DNA of 64,000 nucleotides from Rhynchobatus australiae (Eukaryota): contig JAUZTB010000107.1 of NCBI GenBank assembly GCA_034780895.1, positions 44,970,148-45,034,147 of the forward strand, given 5' to 3'. A program made the translations under genes and the position numbers. The notes beneath the pieces are model-generated. The model ran no database searches. It saw only the letters and a program-made list of their open reading frames with translations, and was not told the origin of the DNA. Of this stretch, positions 38,650 through 49,294 are shown one piece after another (the first letter of the stretch is position 1; each line of letters starts with the position of its first letter).

Positions 38650-39250
38650 AATAAATAGTGCAACAACAAAAGGAATAGTGAGGTAGTGTCTATGAGTTCA
38701 TAGACCATTCAGAAATCTGATGGCGGAGGGGAAGAAGCTGTTCCTAAATCATTGAATGTGGGTCTTCAGGCTCCCGTACCTCCTCCCCGATAGTAGTAAC
38801 GAGAAGAGGGCATGTCCCGAATGGTGAGGGTCCTTAGTGATGGATGCAACCTTCTTGAGACACCGCCTCTTGACGATGTCCTTGATGGTGGGGACGGTCG
38901 TGCCCATGATGGAGCTGGCTGAGTCTACAACCCTCTACAGCCTCTTGCGATCCTGTGCATAGGAGCCACCATACCAGGCTGTGATGCAACCAGTCAGAAT
39001 GCTCTCCACCGTACATCTGTAGAAATTTGCAAGAGTCTTTGGTGACATACCAAAGTGGTGTAGTCAGAATGGCTGTAGGAGTCCCTGAGCTGAGATGGAG
39101 ACAGAATCAGATTTATTATCTCTGACATATGACTTGAAATTTGTTGTTTTGCGGCAACAGTACAGTGCAAAGACGTAAAAACTAAATAAATAAATAGTGC
39201 AAAGAAACAATGAGGTAGTGTTGATGCATCGTTTAGAAATTTGATGGTGG
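38650..39250 (-). mobile_element. Rex1/Babar-clade LINE 3' fragments (two adjacent pieces)
   Basis: Near-identical stretch to 37560-37749 (ccataccaggctgtgatgcaaccagtcagaatgctctccaccgtacatctgtagaaatttgcaaga). A second tail lies at ~39100-39250. Confidence 0.75.
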
Positions 39251-39385
39251 AGGAGAAGCCAAGAGTGGGAAAGGTCAAATATTGATCGTATGAAAGTGAG
39301 AGCAGGGTGAAAACTGGGAACAAAGGAGTGCAATTTTCAAGTTTTGTTCAAGTGGGGGAAGCAGCACCAATGCAGTCTTCAATTA

Positions 39386-39616
39386 CAGATAGTTTTTCTG
39401 TAACACGATAGTTATGTTCCTTAGAAAAATTGCATTATAAAAAGACACATTTTTTTGCAGAACAGGCTGTAGTTGCCTTCAAAGCACAGACTTAGATAGG
39501 TGTTCCTGACAGCAATGGCTTTGCAACAAATGCAGCCCGCGTAATGCAAATAGTGTTCCTAATTGTGTTATAACCAATTCGCGTTTTCAAAACGTGTGTG
39601 AGAGCAGCTCTACCTG
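39386..39616. mobile_element. Tigger-like MITE with TA target duplication
   Basis: TA|CAGATAG...CTACCTG|TA. The flanks rejoin into the Penelope RT F.(Y)IED motif. Confidence 0.6.
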
Positions 39617-39977
39617 TAATGGAAAAAGAATAAAGGGGAGGGGCCTTGACTAGGACTGAAATAAGGACTGTTTCATGAATGTAGCCCATAAATGCACAGA
39701 CATTATTTAGACCCATGTGAGTTCCCATATTACAGCTTTGATTTGGAGAAAGTGGATGGAGCTGAAGGACTTGTCAATGGACAAGTGCAGCGAGGCGAAT
39801 AACGATGGTGGGGGAGGGAATCTGATTGGGCCTCTTGCATTAAGGAAGAAGAGTACAGAGTTTAGTCCATTCTGGCGTGGGGTGAAAATGGAGAGGGACC
39901 AGACATCTATGGTGAAGATGTGCAACTGTATAAGGTGTTGTCCTGGAGATCAAGGCATTGCAAAGGGTTCAGGGTGA

Positions 39978-40244
39978 GGGATGTGTATCTGGGGCTCAGG
40001 TTGTGGGATGTGTACGTAGGGCTCGGGGTGCCGGGTGTGTACCTAGGGCTCAGGGGTGCGTACCCGGGGCTCAGGGGTGCAGGGTGTGTACCTGGGGCTC
40101 GGGGTGTGTACCCGGGGCTCAGGGGTGCAGGGTGTGTACCTGGTGCTCGGGGTGTGTACCCGGGGCTCAGGGGTGCAGGGTGTGTACCCGGGGCTCGGGT
40201 GTGTACCTGGGGTTCGAGGCTCAGAGGCTGTGTACCCGGGGCTC
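39978..40244. repeat. G-rich minisatellite (20/28-bp subunits forming a 48-bp higher-order unit)
   Basis: Repeated gggtgtgtacc(c/t)ggggctc(a/g)g. The ORF track shows 16-aa periodicity (RAPGTHPAPLSPGYTP x~3). Confidence 0.9.
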
Positions 40245-40249
40245 CAGTG

Positions 40250-40720
40250 TCAGTGGTGGCGCTGCAGCCCCTCGGAACCTTTGTTCCGGGCCCTTGCCAG
40301 GAGCCGGTCAGTTTAGAGCGGGGCGCCGGTTCGGGGTTTGCCACGTCTGAGCGGAGCGACGCTGGGAGCGGGAGCCATGGTGAGAGGACCGGGACCGGGA
40401 CCTGATTCTCCGGCGGATGGGGTGGGGTTGGGGTTGAGCGGAGTGTGCTGTCAGTGCCCGGGCTGAGGTGAGGGTCGGCCGGGGAGCCAGGGGTTGCGGG
40501 CGCGGCCCGGCTCGGGATTGGCCCTGACGTTGCCCCGGCCCCGAGCTGGAGTGCGGCTGCGGTGGCGGGGTTGGTGGCCCTGGAAGAGGAGGGGGGCAGA
40601 GGAGCGGCGTCGTGGGGTCCCAGCGCTTTCCACGTCTGCAGTCCGATGCCACCCCGTGCAGCCGCGGACACATCGCCTCCCCCCACGTCTGCTCACGTTG
40701 TCCGCTCTCTGCTTTTGACC
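40250..40720 (+). promoter_or_regulatory. SEC13 CpG island (promoter, 5' UTR and start of intron 1)
   Basis: CpG-dense region surrounding the GCCATG|gtgag first exon. Three CCACGTCTG copies at 40341, 40630 and 40683. Confidence 0.75.
40377..40379 (+). CDS. SEC13: SEC13 coding exon 1 (ATG only)
   Basis: GGAGCC-ATG|gtgaga in the CpG island. Phase 0 joins exon 2 to give MVSVINTVDTSHEDMI. Confidence 0.85.
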
Positions 40721-40804
40721 AGATTGGTCCCACAACTTGCTCTATCGTTCAGTGACCGCAAGATCTCAAGAACCATTAGTTGGCACCATTTATTGATCGT
40801 AGAG

Positions 40805-41712
40805 TTAAAGTTTTGGTTTATTATTGTCACTTGTACCGAGGTACAGTGAAAAACTTGTCTTGCAAACCGTTCGTACAGGTCAATTCATTACACAGTACAC
40901 TGAGGTAGTATAAGGTAAAAACAATAATAGTACAGAGTAAAATCTCACAGCTCCATAGAAAGTGCAGTGCAGGTAAACAATAAGCTGCAAGGTCCTTAAC
41001 GTAGATTGTGAGGTCAGAGTCCATCTCATCATATAAGAGAATTGTTCAATAGTCTCATCACGGTGGGGTGGAAGCTGTCCTTGAATCTGGTGGTATGTGC
41101 CCTCAGGCTCTTGTATCTTCTGCCTTAATGGGAGAGGAGAGAAAAGAGAATGACCCTGGTGGGTGGGGTCTTTGATTATGCTGGCTGCTTCACCAAGACA
41201 GCGAGAGGTGAAGACAAGAGTCCATGGAGAGGAGGCTGGTTTCTGTGATGCTCTGGTCTGTTGCAGTCCTGGGCAGNNNNNNNNNNNNNNNNNNNNNNNN
41301 NNNNNNNNNNNNNNNNNNNNNNNNNNNNNNNNNNNNNNNNNNNNNNNNNNNNNNNNNNNNNNNNNNNNNNNNNNNNTCCTGAGGAAGTAGGGGCACTGGT
41401 TAGCTGTCTTGGCCATGACGTCTGCATGATTTGACCAGGACAGGCTGTTGGTAATGTTCACTTCTAAGAACTTGAAGCTCTCAACCTCAACACCATTGAT
41501 GTAGACAGGTGCATGTACATCGCCCCTTTTCCTGAAGTCAATGACCAGCTCTTTTGTTGATATTGAGGGAAAGTTTGTTGTATGACACCATGGTACTAGG
41601 CTCTCCATCTCCTTCCTGTACTCTGACTCATCATTATTTGAGATGCGGCCTACCATGGTGGTATCATCTGCAAACTTGTAGATGGAGTTAGAGCAGAATC
41701 TGGCCACACAGT
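40805..41712 (-). mobile_element. Rex1/Babar-clade LINE RT and 3' fragment
   Basis: SNSIYKFADDTTMVGRISNNDESEYR...KELVIDFRK...AASIIKDPTH. Confidence 0.85.
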
Positions 41713-41799
41713 CATGAGTTTAACAATTAGTCCATTAATTGGCATTTGGGTGAGGGAATTCAAACAAAAGGTTCAGTTTCATCCCATGTACACAGATAT

Positions 41800-42400
41800 T
41801 TGGTGTTATAGAGTAATAAAGCAGAGAAACAAGCTCTTCAGCCAGTCTTGTTTGTGCTGGCCATCGTACTCATCCTACACGAATTCTGTTTTTCTTTTCA
41901 TCACCATCAACTCCCACATAATAGAGGCAATTTACAGCAGCTAATTAACCTACCAACCTATATGCCTTTGGGACATGGGAGGAAACTGGAGGACACGGGA
42001 GACCAACGTGGTTACAAAGAGCAAAAACAATCTGCTGAAGGAAGTCAACAGGTCGAGCAGCGTCTGTGGTGGTGGGGGAGGGATAGTTGACATTTCAGGT
42101 TGAGACCTTGCATCTGCACTGAGAGGGAGGATAGCCTCTTTATACTGACAACCTTCCCTCTCCACTCTCAGTCCTGATGCAGGGTTTCAATCTGAAACCT
42201 TGACATTTCCTTTCCCTCACACACGCTGTTCGACCAACTGAGTTCCTCCAGCAGATTGTTTTTTGCTCCAGATTACAGTATCTGCGGTCTCTTATGTGTG
42301 CAGTCACAGAGAGACTGTACAAACTCCACACAGACAGCAAATGGGGTCAGGATCAAACCCTGGTCCTTGGAGCTGTGAGTTAACAGTGCTAACCTCTATG
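41800..42400 (-). mobile_element. V-SINE interrupted by a Penelope-derived fold-back (~42015-42300)
   Basis: SINE V-domain (gggaggaaactggag) and head (gatcaaaccctggtcc) flank an inverted-repeat insert caatctgctgaaggaa...gagttcctccagcagattg. Confidence 0.7.
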
Positions 42401-44284
42401 TAGACCTGTAGTGAGCACAATTCAGAGTGGTGGAAGCAGATTTGTGGAATCACGGCGATATAACATGGAAGAAAGATCTTTCCCTACTGGCTGAGAAGTC
42501 AGGGTTTGTATATGAAAAGGAAAATTTTGCAGGATGGTGGAGGACAAACTGGGAAATGAGAATAACTGAATAGCACTTTTAAGGACCTGGCACTGCAGTG
42601 AAGAGCTGAATGTCTCCTCCTGTACTGTAAATTTCTGTGGCCACAAGAGCAAAAAGCTGAGCATCTTGCAGTGAGTAACTCACTTGTTGCCACCCAAAGT
42701 CATTCCACTATTGTTTAATACATAGTATACAGTTAATATTTATTTCTTTTGGCAAAAAGAATCAACTGGAAAAGGGTCCGGCTGTGGCTATCAAAAAAAG
42801 TTAAAGATAACATTAGGCTAAAGGAAAAGGCATATTGCATTGCCAAAACAAAATGCAAGCTTGCGTATTGCGCAAATGTCAGCACTCAGCATGACAGACG
42901 GGCAAAACAGAATGCGGCAAAAGTCTAGTGAGAAAAGTAAAGCCAAGTTGTAAGAATGTCTATAGAAATATAAAAACAAAAAGATCTATTAAAGTTAATA
43001 TGGGTCCCTTGCAGACTGGGTTAGGAGAAATTATATCGGTGAAGCAGGAAATGGCACAGAAATTCAACAAATAATTTATATTTGTCTCCAAGGAAGAAGA
43101 CATATAAAGCCTTCTAAAATTACTGGAGGACTTAAGGTCCAGAGTGAATGAGGGGCTCAAAGAAATTAGCATGAGTAAACAAAAGGTTTGTTTTGGAGAA
43201 ATTAATGGAATTGAGAGGGCCCCACAGTGATAAAGCTGTTTGTGTGGAGTTTGCACATTCTCCCTGCAACTTCATGGGTTTCTGCACCAGGTGCTCCAGT
43301 TTCCTCCCACTTCACAAAGATGTGCAGGATTGTCGATCAATTGATCACTGTAAATTACCCCTAATGTGTAGCTGAATGGCCAAGTCTGTGGAGAGTTCGT
43401 CAGAATGTGGGAATGAAATGGGATTAGTGTAAATAGATATTTGATGGTTGGGATGGTCCCATTTGGCTGAAGGGCCTGTTTCTGTGCCATGTGATTCTGT
43501 AACTCTGAAGGGTGATCAAATCCCAGAACCTGCTAACCTGCACCCTTGAGTTTTGAAGTTGATAGGTATGGAAATTACAGATGTACTAGTTGTCAGCTTC
43601 TAAAATTCCACAGATTTAGAAAGGTTCCCACAGTTTGGAAGGTAGTCAATGTAAGTCCACTATTAAAAAAAACAAAGAGAAAACAGGAAACTACCCATCA
43701 ATCAACCGGTTAACCTGATATTAGTGTATAGAAAATGCTAACGTTTATTATTAAGGAAGTGGTAACAGAGCATTTAAAAATATTAGTACGATTAGGCAGG
43801 CTTGCCATGGATATACAGAAGCAAAATCATATTGAGAATTTTTTTGTGATTGTAGCTAGCAGAATAGATGAGGGTGAACCAGTTGTGTATTGGGAAGCTC
43901 AAAGGCCACATGAGAGATTATTAAACAAAATTTGAGTTTGTGCATGAGGGTAATATACAGGCATGGATTGAGGATTAGTTAACAGATAGAAATCAGAGAG
44001 TTGGAATTAATGTTTTTGAGTTGGGAGGCTGTGGCTAGTGAGGTGCAACCTGGATCCCAGTGGATATCAGTGTACATCAATGATGAATGTAACATATGCA
44101 AGTCTGATGATGACACAAAGCTGGGTGGATTATCAGGAGGGTACAGAGGCTTTGGGGGATAAAGGCGTGCTAGCCAAATGCAAGGACATGGCAGATGGAA
44201 CCGAATGTGGAAAAATTGTGAGGTCATCCTCTTTGGTAGCAAAAATAGAAAGACTAAGTGTTCTTAAATTGTGAGAGATTGAAT

Positions 44285-46806
44285 GGAAAGGGTTTCATTT
44301 CTGGAAAATGTTTCCTTAAGTGAAAATTTGTAAATTGAAAAGGTTCTTCCCCTTAGTTTCAATGTAATAAAGCTGGTTGTGTTCCAGAGCTCAAAGTTCA
44401 GTCAAAAATTCCTAAACATTTAACAATAAATCACTACAAGTATCGGAAATTATAAAGTATTTTTAAACAATTATACCTTAAAGTAAAGTAATAATATCTA
44501 AGATTGTGTCCTCTTTCATGATGAGTCTTGAGTGAATGTGGGGAAGATTTTAGGATGTTTTCTCTTCTCTAGAACCAGGGGTCACTGTCAAAAAAAGGCT
44601 TACCTGTTTAAATCAGAGATGAGGAAACTTGTTAAAATTTTTTCAGGAGATGGTGAGTCTTTGGAACTCTTTTTGTCAAAGGCNNNNNNNNNNNNNNNNN
44701 NNNNNNNNNNNNNNNNNNNNNNNNNNNNNNNNNNNNNNNNNNNNNNNNNNNNNNNNNNNNNNNNNNNNNNNNNNNNNNNNNNNNNNNNNNNNNNNNNNNN
44801 NNNNNNNNNNNNNNNNNNNNNNNNNNNNNNNNNNNNNNNNNNNNNNNNNNNNNNNNNNNNNNNNNNNNNNNNNNNNNNNNNNNNNNNNNNNNNNNNNNNN
44901 NNNNNNNNNNNNNNNNNNNNNNNNNNNNNNNNNNNNNNNNNNNNNNNNNNNNNNNNNNNNNGACGATGATGCATCTGAGCTTGATGGAGCTAACAACACT
45001 GATCATGAGGGTTTTTCTTTGGCTTTTGTATGAGTGATAAACAACAAAAATTAAGTCTTCACAACAAAGTACATTTTCTATCATGTGGTGCCATCTCCAT
45101 ATTGGGAATGTTGTCTTTGAAAATGGCTGTTGCTTACTTGATGTGGAAGAATGCTTCTGAAAGCCTTTACATAATGAGCCTCTTTGGTGGTAGTGTTATG
45201 TTGGTGACAGCTTCTTCCTCTTGTGACTTCTGTTGCTCAAGTTCTAACAGATTCTCATTCATAGACTCTTGAGATTCTATTGGCTCTTCCACATCATTCT
45301 GGTGTTTTTCATTAAACCCAGTGTGACAATATCTTTTCAAAGGTCTTTCAGGGGAACAATTTCCTCCAGGTACCATTCTCTATCACATCCCAAGAATCAT
45401 TAAAGTGCATTCTGAATATCTTGATATTGTACGTCATCCAAATTTCCTTAATGGTGAGTTTACCATTAATGTTCATCTGTGAAATGACATGCCTCATTAC
45501 ATAGTACAAGTGGTAAACCTTGTTCCTAGCAATAGCACCGTGGTCCAAGGGTTGTATTAATGAAGTGATAGTAGTAGGCAAAAATGCTACCCAGATGTCA
45601 TTGGCCTTGTTCTTAACATTAAAAAGATGTCNNNNNNNNNNNNNNNNNNNNNNNNNNNNNNNNNNNNNNNNNTTATTTCTTACAGAGTATTTTTTGATGA
45701 TGGGAGAGAGAAGCAGCATGCTTATATGATGCTATGTGCCTGTAATGCTGCAAGTCAGTTTTTCATTGCACCTGTGCATGTGACAATAAACTCGACTTTC
45801 ATAATCTTGCAAGAGCAGCAATGTCATCCAGGCTTTATTGTTTGAGTGCCAGACCACTGGAAGAATGGCCATTAAGTATCTCTTTGAAGCCCTCAGATTC
45901 TCTGACTGGTCGATTAGGAGAGGCTTAGGTTGACAGTCACTCTTGCCATTGCCTCCAAGGAGAAGAGTAAGGCAGCCTTTGGCTGCTTTATTTTTGGAGC
46001 AGTTTTCTCATCTGTTGAAAAGAATGTGTGTGAGGGCATCCTCTTCTAAAAGAGGCTCACCTGCACCATGTTAAGCATTTGTTCAGGAGAATAGCAACTT
46101 CTCTTGATTCATTTCAACACCTTGGGAAAATGTTCTTCCATCACAGTATGTGCACTTGCTGGCTTCTGTGGAAGATGAACATAATGAAGATTTGCACATT
46201 TTTTTGAAGCAATCAAACCAGCCACCGCAGCCCTGAATAAGTTGGCCTTTTAGAAAATCATCACACCACACCCCCTTATCCCCTACCCCCCTCTCATTCT
46301 TTCCACACTTTCTGTAACAATTTCACGTTTCCTGGATCATTTTCAAAATTCAGAGGCATATGCCCTTGACTCTGATGTAAGTACGCATTTATTCTTTTTC
46401 CTATTCTCTATTATAACATCTCTAGCGTTAACATTTTGGGCACTATTATTTTGTCTGCATTATTAAGGTTTCTTTGCTCTGTTAATGCTGTAAAACTTAT
46501 AAGTGGCTGATGCCTACCAAGCACTCACCTTTCTTTCTTCTATTAATTACTTCCAGAATAGTATTAATCCTTATAGCTTGTGGTGATTTCTTAAGCATCC
46601 TCACAGCTGCTAGGGTATTCCAAACCCTTCACAAAGGATGCACGGAATAAATTATAATGAATCCTGATAATAAGTGGAGCACTGCAGTCTCAACAGAGAC
46701 ATAATGATGTGGGAGAAGTATGAATGCATTATGGGTGGGAATTGGCACACTTTTTGTTACAGAAAAATTCATGAATTAAATTTTCATCAGTCAAGGGATA
46801 CCTATG
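44285..46806 (-). mobile_element. Tigger/pogo transposon with decayed DDE transposase (TIGD1/Tigger1-like)
   Basis: GWFDCFKK (CENP-B-type HTH region), VAFLPTTITSLIQPLDHGAIA..K.Y (catalytic P.D motif), TIKEIW..YNI, and acidic tail DVEEPIES..NENLLELEQ. Many stops and frameshifts. Confidence 0.8.
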
Positions 46807-47109
46807 TGCAATTAGGAATTTGGCCTTTATTGAAAGAAGATTTGAGTACAGGAGTAGAAATGTTTTGCTCCAATTATGCAGACTCCTAGTAAGAACACAT
46901 CTGGAATATTGTACACAGATTTGTTCTCCCTACCTGAGGAAGTATCGACTTTTAAAGAAGGGAGTGCCATGAAGGTTGATTATTGCAATGGAAAGTTTGT
47001 GGTGTGAGGAGAGATTAAGCATGTACTGTCAGGAATTTAAAACAATGAAAGGTGATTGCAATGAAAGATCCTCAGAGTTTGAAAAGGTAGACATAGGGTT
47101 GATGTTGAC

Positions 47110-47306
47110 ATGAGATTGCAGATGCTGGAATCTGGAGCAACAATCTGCTGGAAGAACTCAGCGGGTCGAACAGCATCTGTGGGAGGAAAGGAATTGTCAA
47201 CGTTTCAGGTCCTAGTGCAGGGTTTCAACCTGAGACGTTGACAGTTCATTTCCTCCCACAGATCCTATTCGACCCGCTGAGTTCTTCCAGCAGATTGTTT
47301 GTTGCT
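47110..47306. repeat. Penelope-derived fold-back (hairpin) element
   Basis: caatctgctggaagaactcagcgggtcgaa...gtcaacgtttcaggt pairs with acctgagacgttgac...ttcgacccgctgagttcttccagcagattg. Confidence 0.85.
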
Positions 47307-48439
47307 AGGGTTGATGTTAGCCTGGCTGGTTTGCCTAGGACAAGGTTTGCAGCTTCAAAGGAAGGGATTGGTCATTCAAGACAGATGAGAAGAAATTTCT
47401 TCGTTCAGAAGTTAGTGAATCTTTGGAATTCTGCGCCCAAAAAGACAGTGGAAGCTCAGTCAGTGAGTATATTCAAGACAGATTGATAGACATTAAAGGG
47501 ATTCAAGGAATGTCGGGTTAGTGCTGAAAAGTGGCACAGGGATAAAAGGTCAGCTGTGACTTCATCGAACGCTAAGGCAGGCACAAGGGGCCAAATCGCC
47601 TAAACCTCCTATTTCTTACATTTCTGTGTTGTGTTTTTCAAAGGTACAGGTCAGGAGAGTGATGTAATATTTGTCTGGATGAGTGCTGATCCAATAACAC
47701 TCAAGACGCTCAGTACCACCCTGGACAAAGCAGCCTGCTCGATTAGATACCATCCACCACCCTAAGCATTTACTCCCTCTACCATTGGTGTGTTATGGCT
47801 GCAGTATGTGCACCTATAAAATGCACTGTAGTTTCTAACCTGTGCCACTCGGACAGCATTTCCCAACGATTCACCGCCACCATCAAGGTGACCAGGAGCA
47901 GCAAGTTCATAATACCACCACTTAATACGCCTTCCAAGTTGCATAGCATCATAACTTGGAAATCTAGCATTGGTTCAAGCCCATCAAGACTAGAAGAGCA
48001 CCTTCACGATGAGGACTACTGCAGTTTATGAATGCGACTCATTGGTAGTTTCTCAAGGGCACTTGGAAAAGGACAATAAATGCTGGCCTTGCCAGTGATG
48101 CCCTGCTCAATGAAAGGAACAAAAAAGAAGTTAATCAATTTGTATCTGTTTTTGAAGAGATTTTGGTAAGCCTTATTTAGTGGTGATTTTTGAATTGTAG
48201 ATAGCTTCAGAAATATAACTGGGGGACTTCCACCATGAGGATCTGGGTTCAGATCTCTTAGATTTGATAAGCAGGTGAGTTTCCTATGCAGGTTATAAAG
48301 GTTGTATGCGAAATCAGTGGATATTTGGGGGGAAATGATGTGGTTGTTGTGATGATCCACTAGAAAATTCAGTCCAATTCCAGCCTTATTAAAGACCAGA
48401 GGGTCTCTGGCATGCAAACTAAAGGTCATGTTGATGCAT

Positions 48440-49085
48440 TAGATCATGTTGATGCCACGGCCAAGGGAGCTCACCAGCACCACTACTTCATCAGGAGGAT
48501 AAAGAAATTTGGCATGTCCCTGTCAACTCTCACCAATTTTTATCGATGCACCATAGAAAGCAACCTATCTGGATGCATCACGGCTTGGTATGGCAACTGC
48601 TCTGACTGTGATTGCAAGAAACTGCAGAGAGCTGTGGACCTAGCTCAGCACGTCACGGTAACCAGCCTCCCCTCCATGGGCTCTGTCTATACTTCTCCCT
48701 GCCTCGGGAAAGCAGCCAGCGTTATCAAAGACCCCACCCACCCCAGACATTCTCTCCTCTCCCCCCTCCCGTCGGGCAGAAGGTATCACCAGGTTGCAGA
48801 AGCATGTATCACCAGGGTCAAGGACAGCTTCTGTCCCACTGTTATAAGACTATTGAACAGTTCCCTAGTACTCTTCACCTCACAGTCTACCTCGTTATGA
48901 CCTTGCATCTTATTGTCTTAACTACACTGCACTTTCTCTGTAGCTGTTACGCTTTATTCTGCAATCTTTTATGGTTTTACCTTGTACTACCTCAGTGCAC
49001 TATGTAATGAATTGATCTGTATGAACGCTATGCAAGACGGAAGTTTTTCCACTGTACCTCGGTACATGTGACAATAATAAATCAA
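48440..49085 (+). mobile_element. Rex1/Babar-clade LINE 3' fragment
   Basis: LTNFYRCTIESNLSGCITAWYGNC..KKLQRAV..AASVIKDPTHP..PSGRRY. Same family as 40805-41712. Confidence 0.85.
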
Positions 49086-49249
49086 TTCCAATTAGAGTCA
49101 CTCTTGAAAATGAAGCTGAGGCACATTTCTGGCATTATTTGATATAGTCACTGGGTACTTGGTATGAGAATGGTCAAAATTAACTTAAGTGGTCACATTT
49201 TTAAGCACCATCAGGGTCTTTTAATCTGTCCTCTTATTGTTGTTTACAG

Positions 49250-49294
49250 GTTTCCGTGATCAACACGGTGGATACGTCCCATGAGGATATGATT
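49250..49294 (+). CDS. SEC13: SEC13 coding exon 2
   Basis: 45 nt, tttacag|GTT...ATT|gtaagt. Translates VSVINTVDTSHEDMI. Confidence 0.95.

Larger units (their letters stand above)
37145..39960 (-). mobile_element. Fragmented Penelope-like reverse transcriptase gene interrupted by nested insertions
   Basis: Colinear minus-strand pieces: IFTIDVWSL..HFLQIK (39925-39735), MGTHMG..FMGY (39728-39620), IEDCIGAAS/FHPALTF (39383-39255), DSYSHSDYT (~39060-39095), SCKESIPFSQFL (37270-37145). Confidence 0.75.
42770..47620 (+). mobile_element. Long decayed CR1-like LINE split by nested SINE, Tigger and fold-back insertions
   Basis: CR1 ORF2 runs colinearly from 42770 to 44280 and resumes at ~46810 through to the 3' UTR. 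A V-SINE sits at ~43235-43500. Confidence 0.7.

Noticed and set aside
39907-40849. Several 90-260 aa Pro/Gly/Arg-rich ORFs with repeats, and a superficial CRISPR-like periodicity
   Set aside because: These are stop-poor GC-rich minisatellite and CpG island sequence. There are no unique spacers or cas genes, and the context is eukaryotic.
45167-46271. Possible domesticated TIGD gene nested in SEC13 intron 1
   Set aside because: It has multiple frameshifts, stops and insertions, so it is a decayed transposon.
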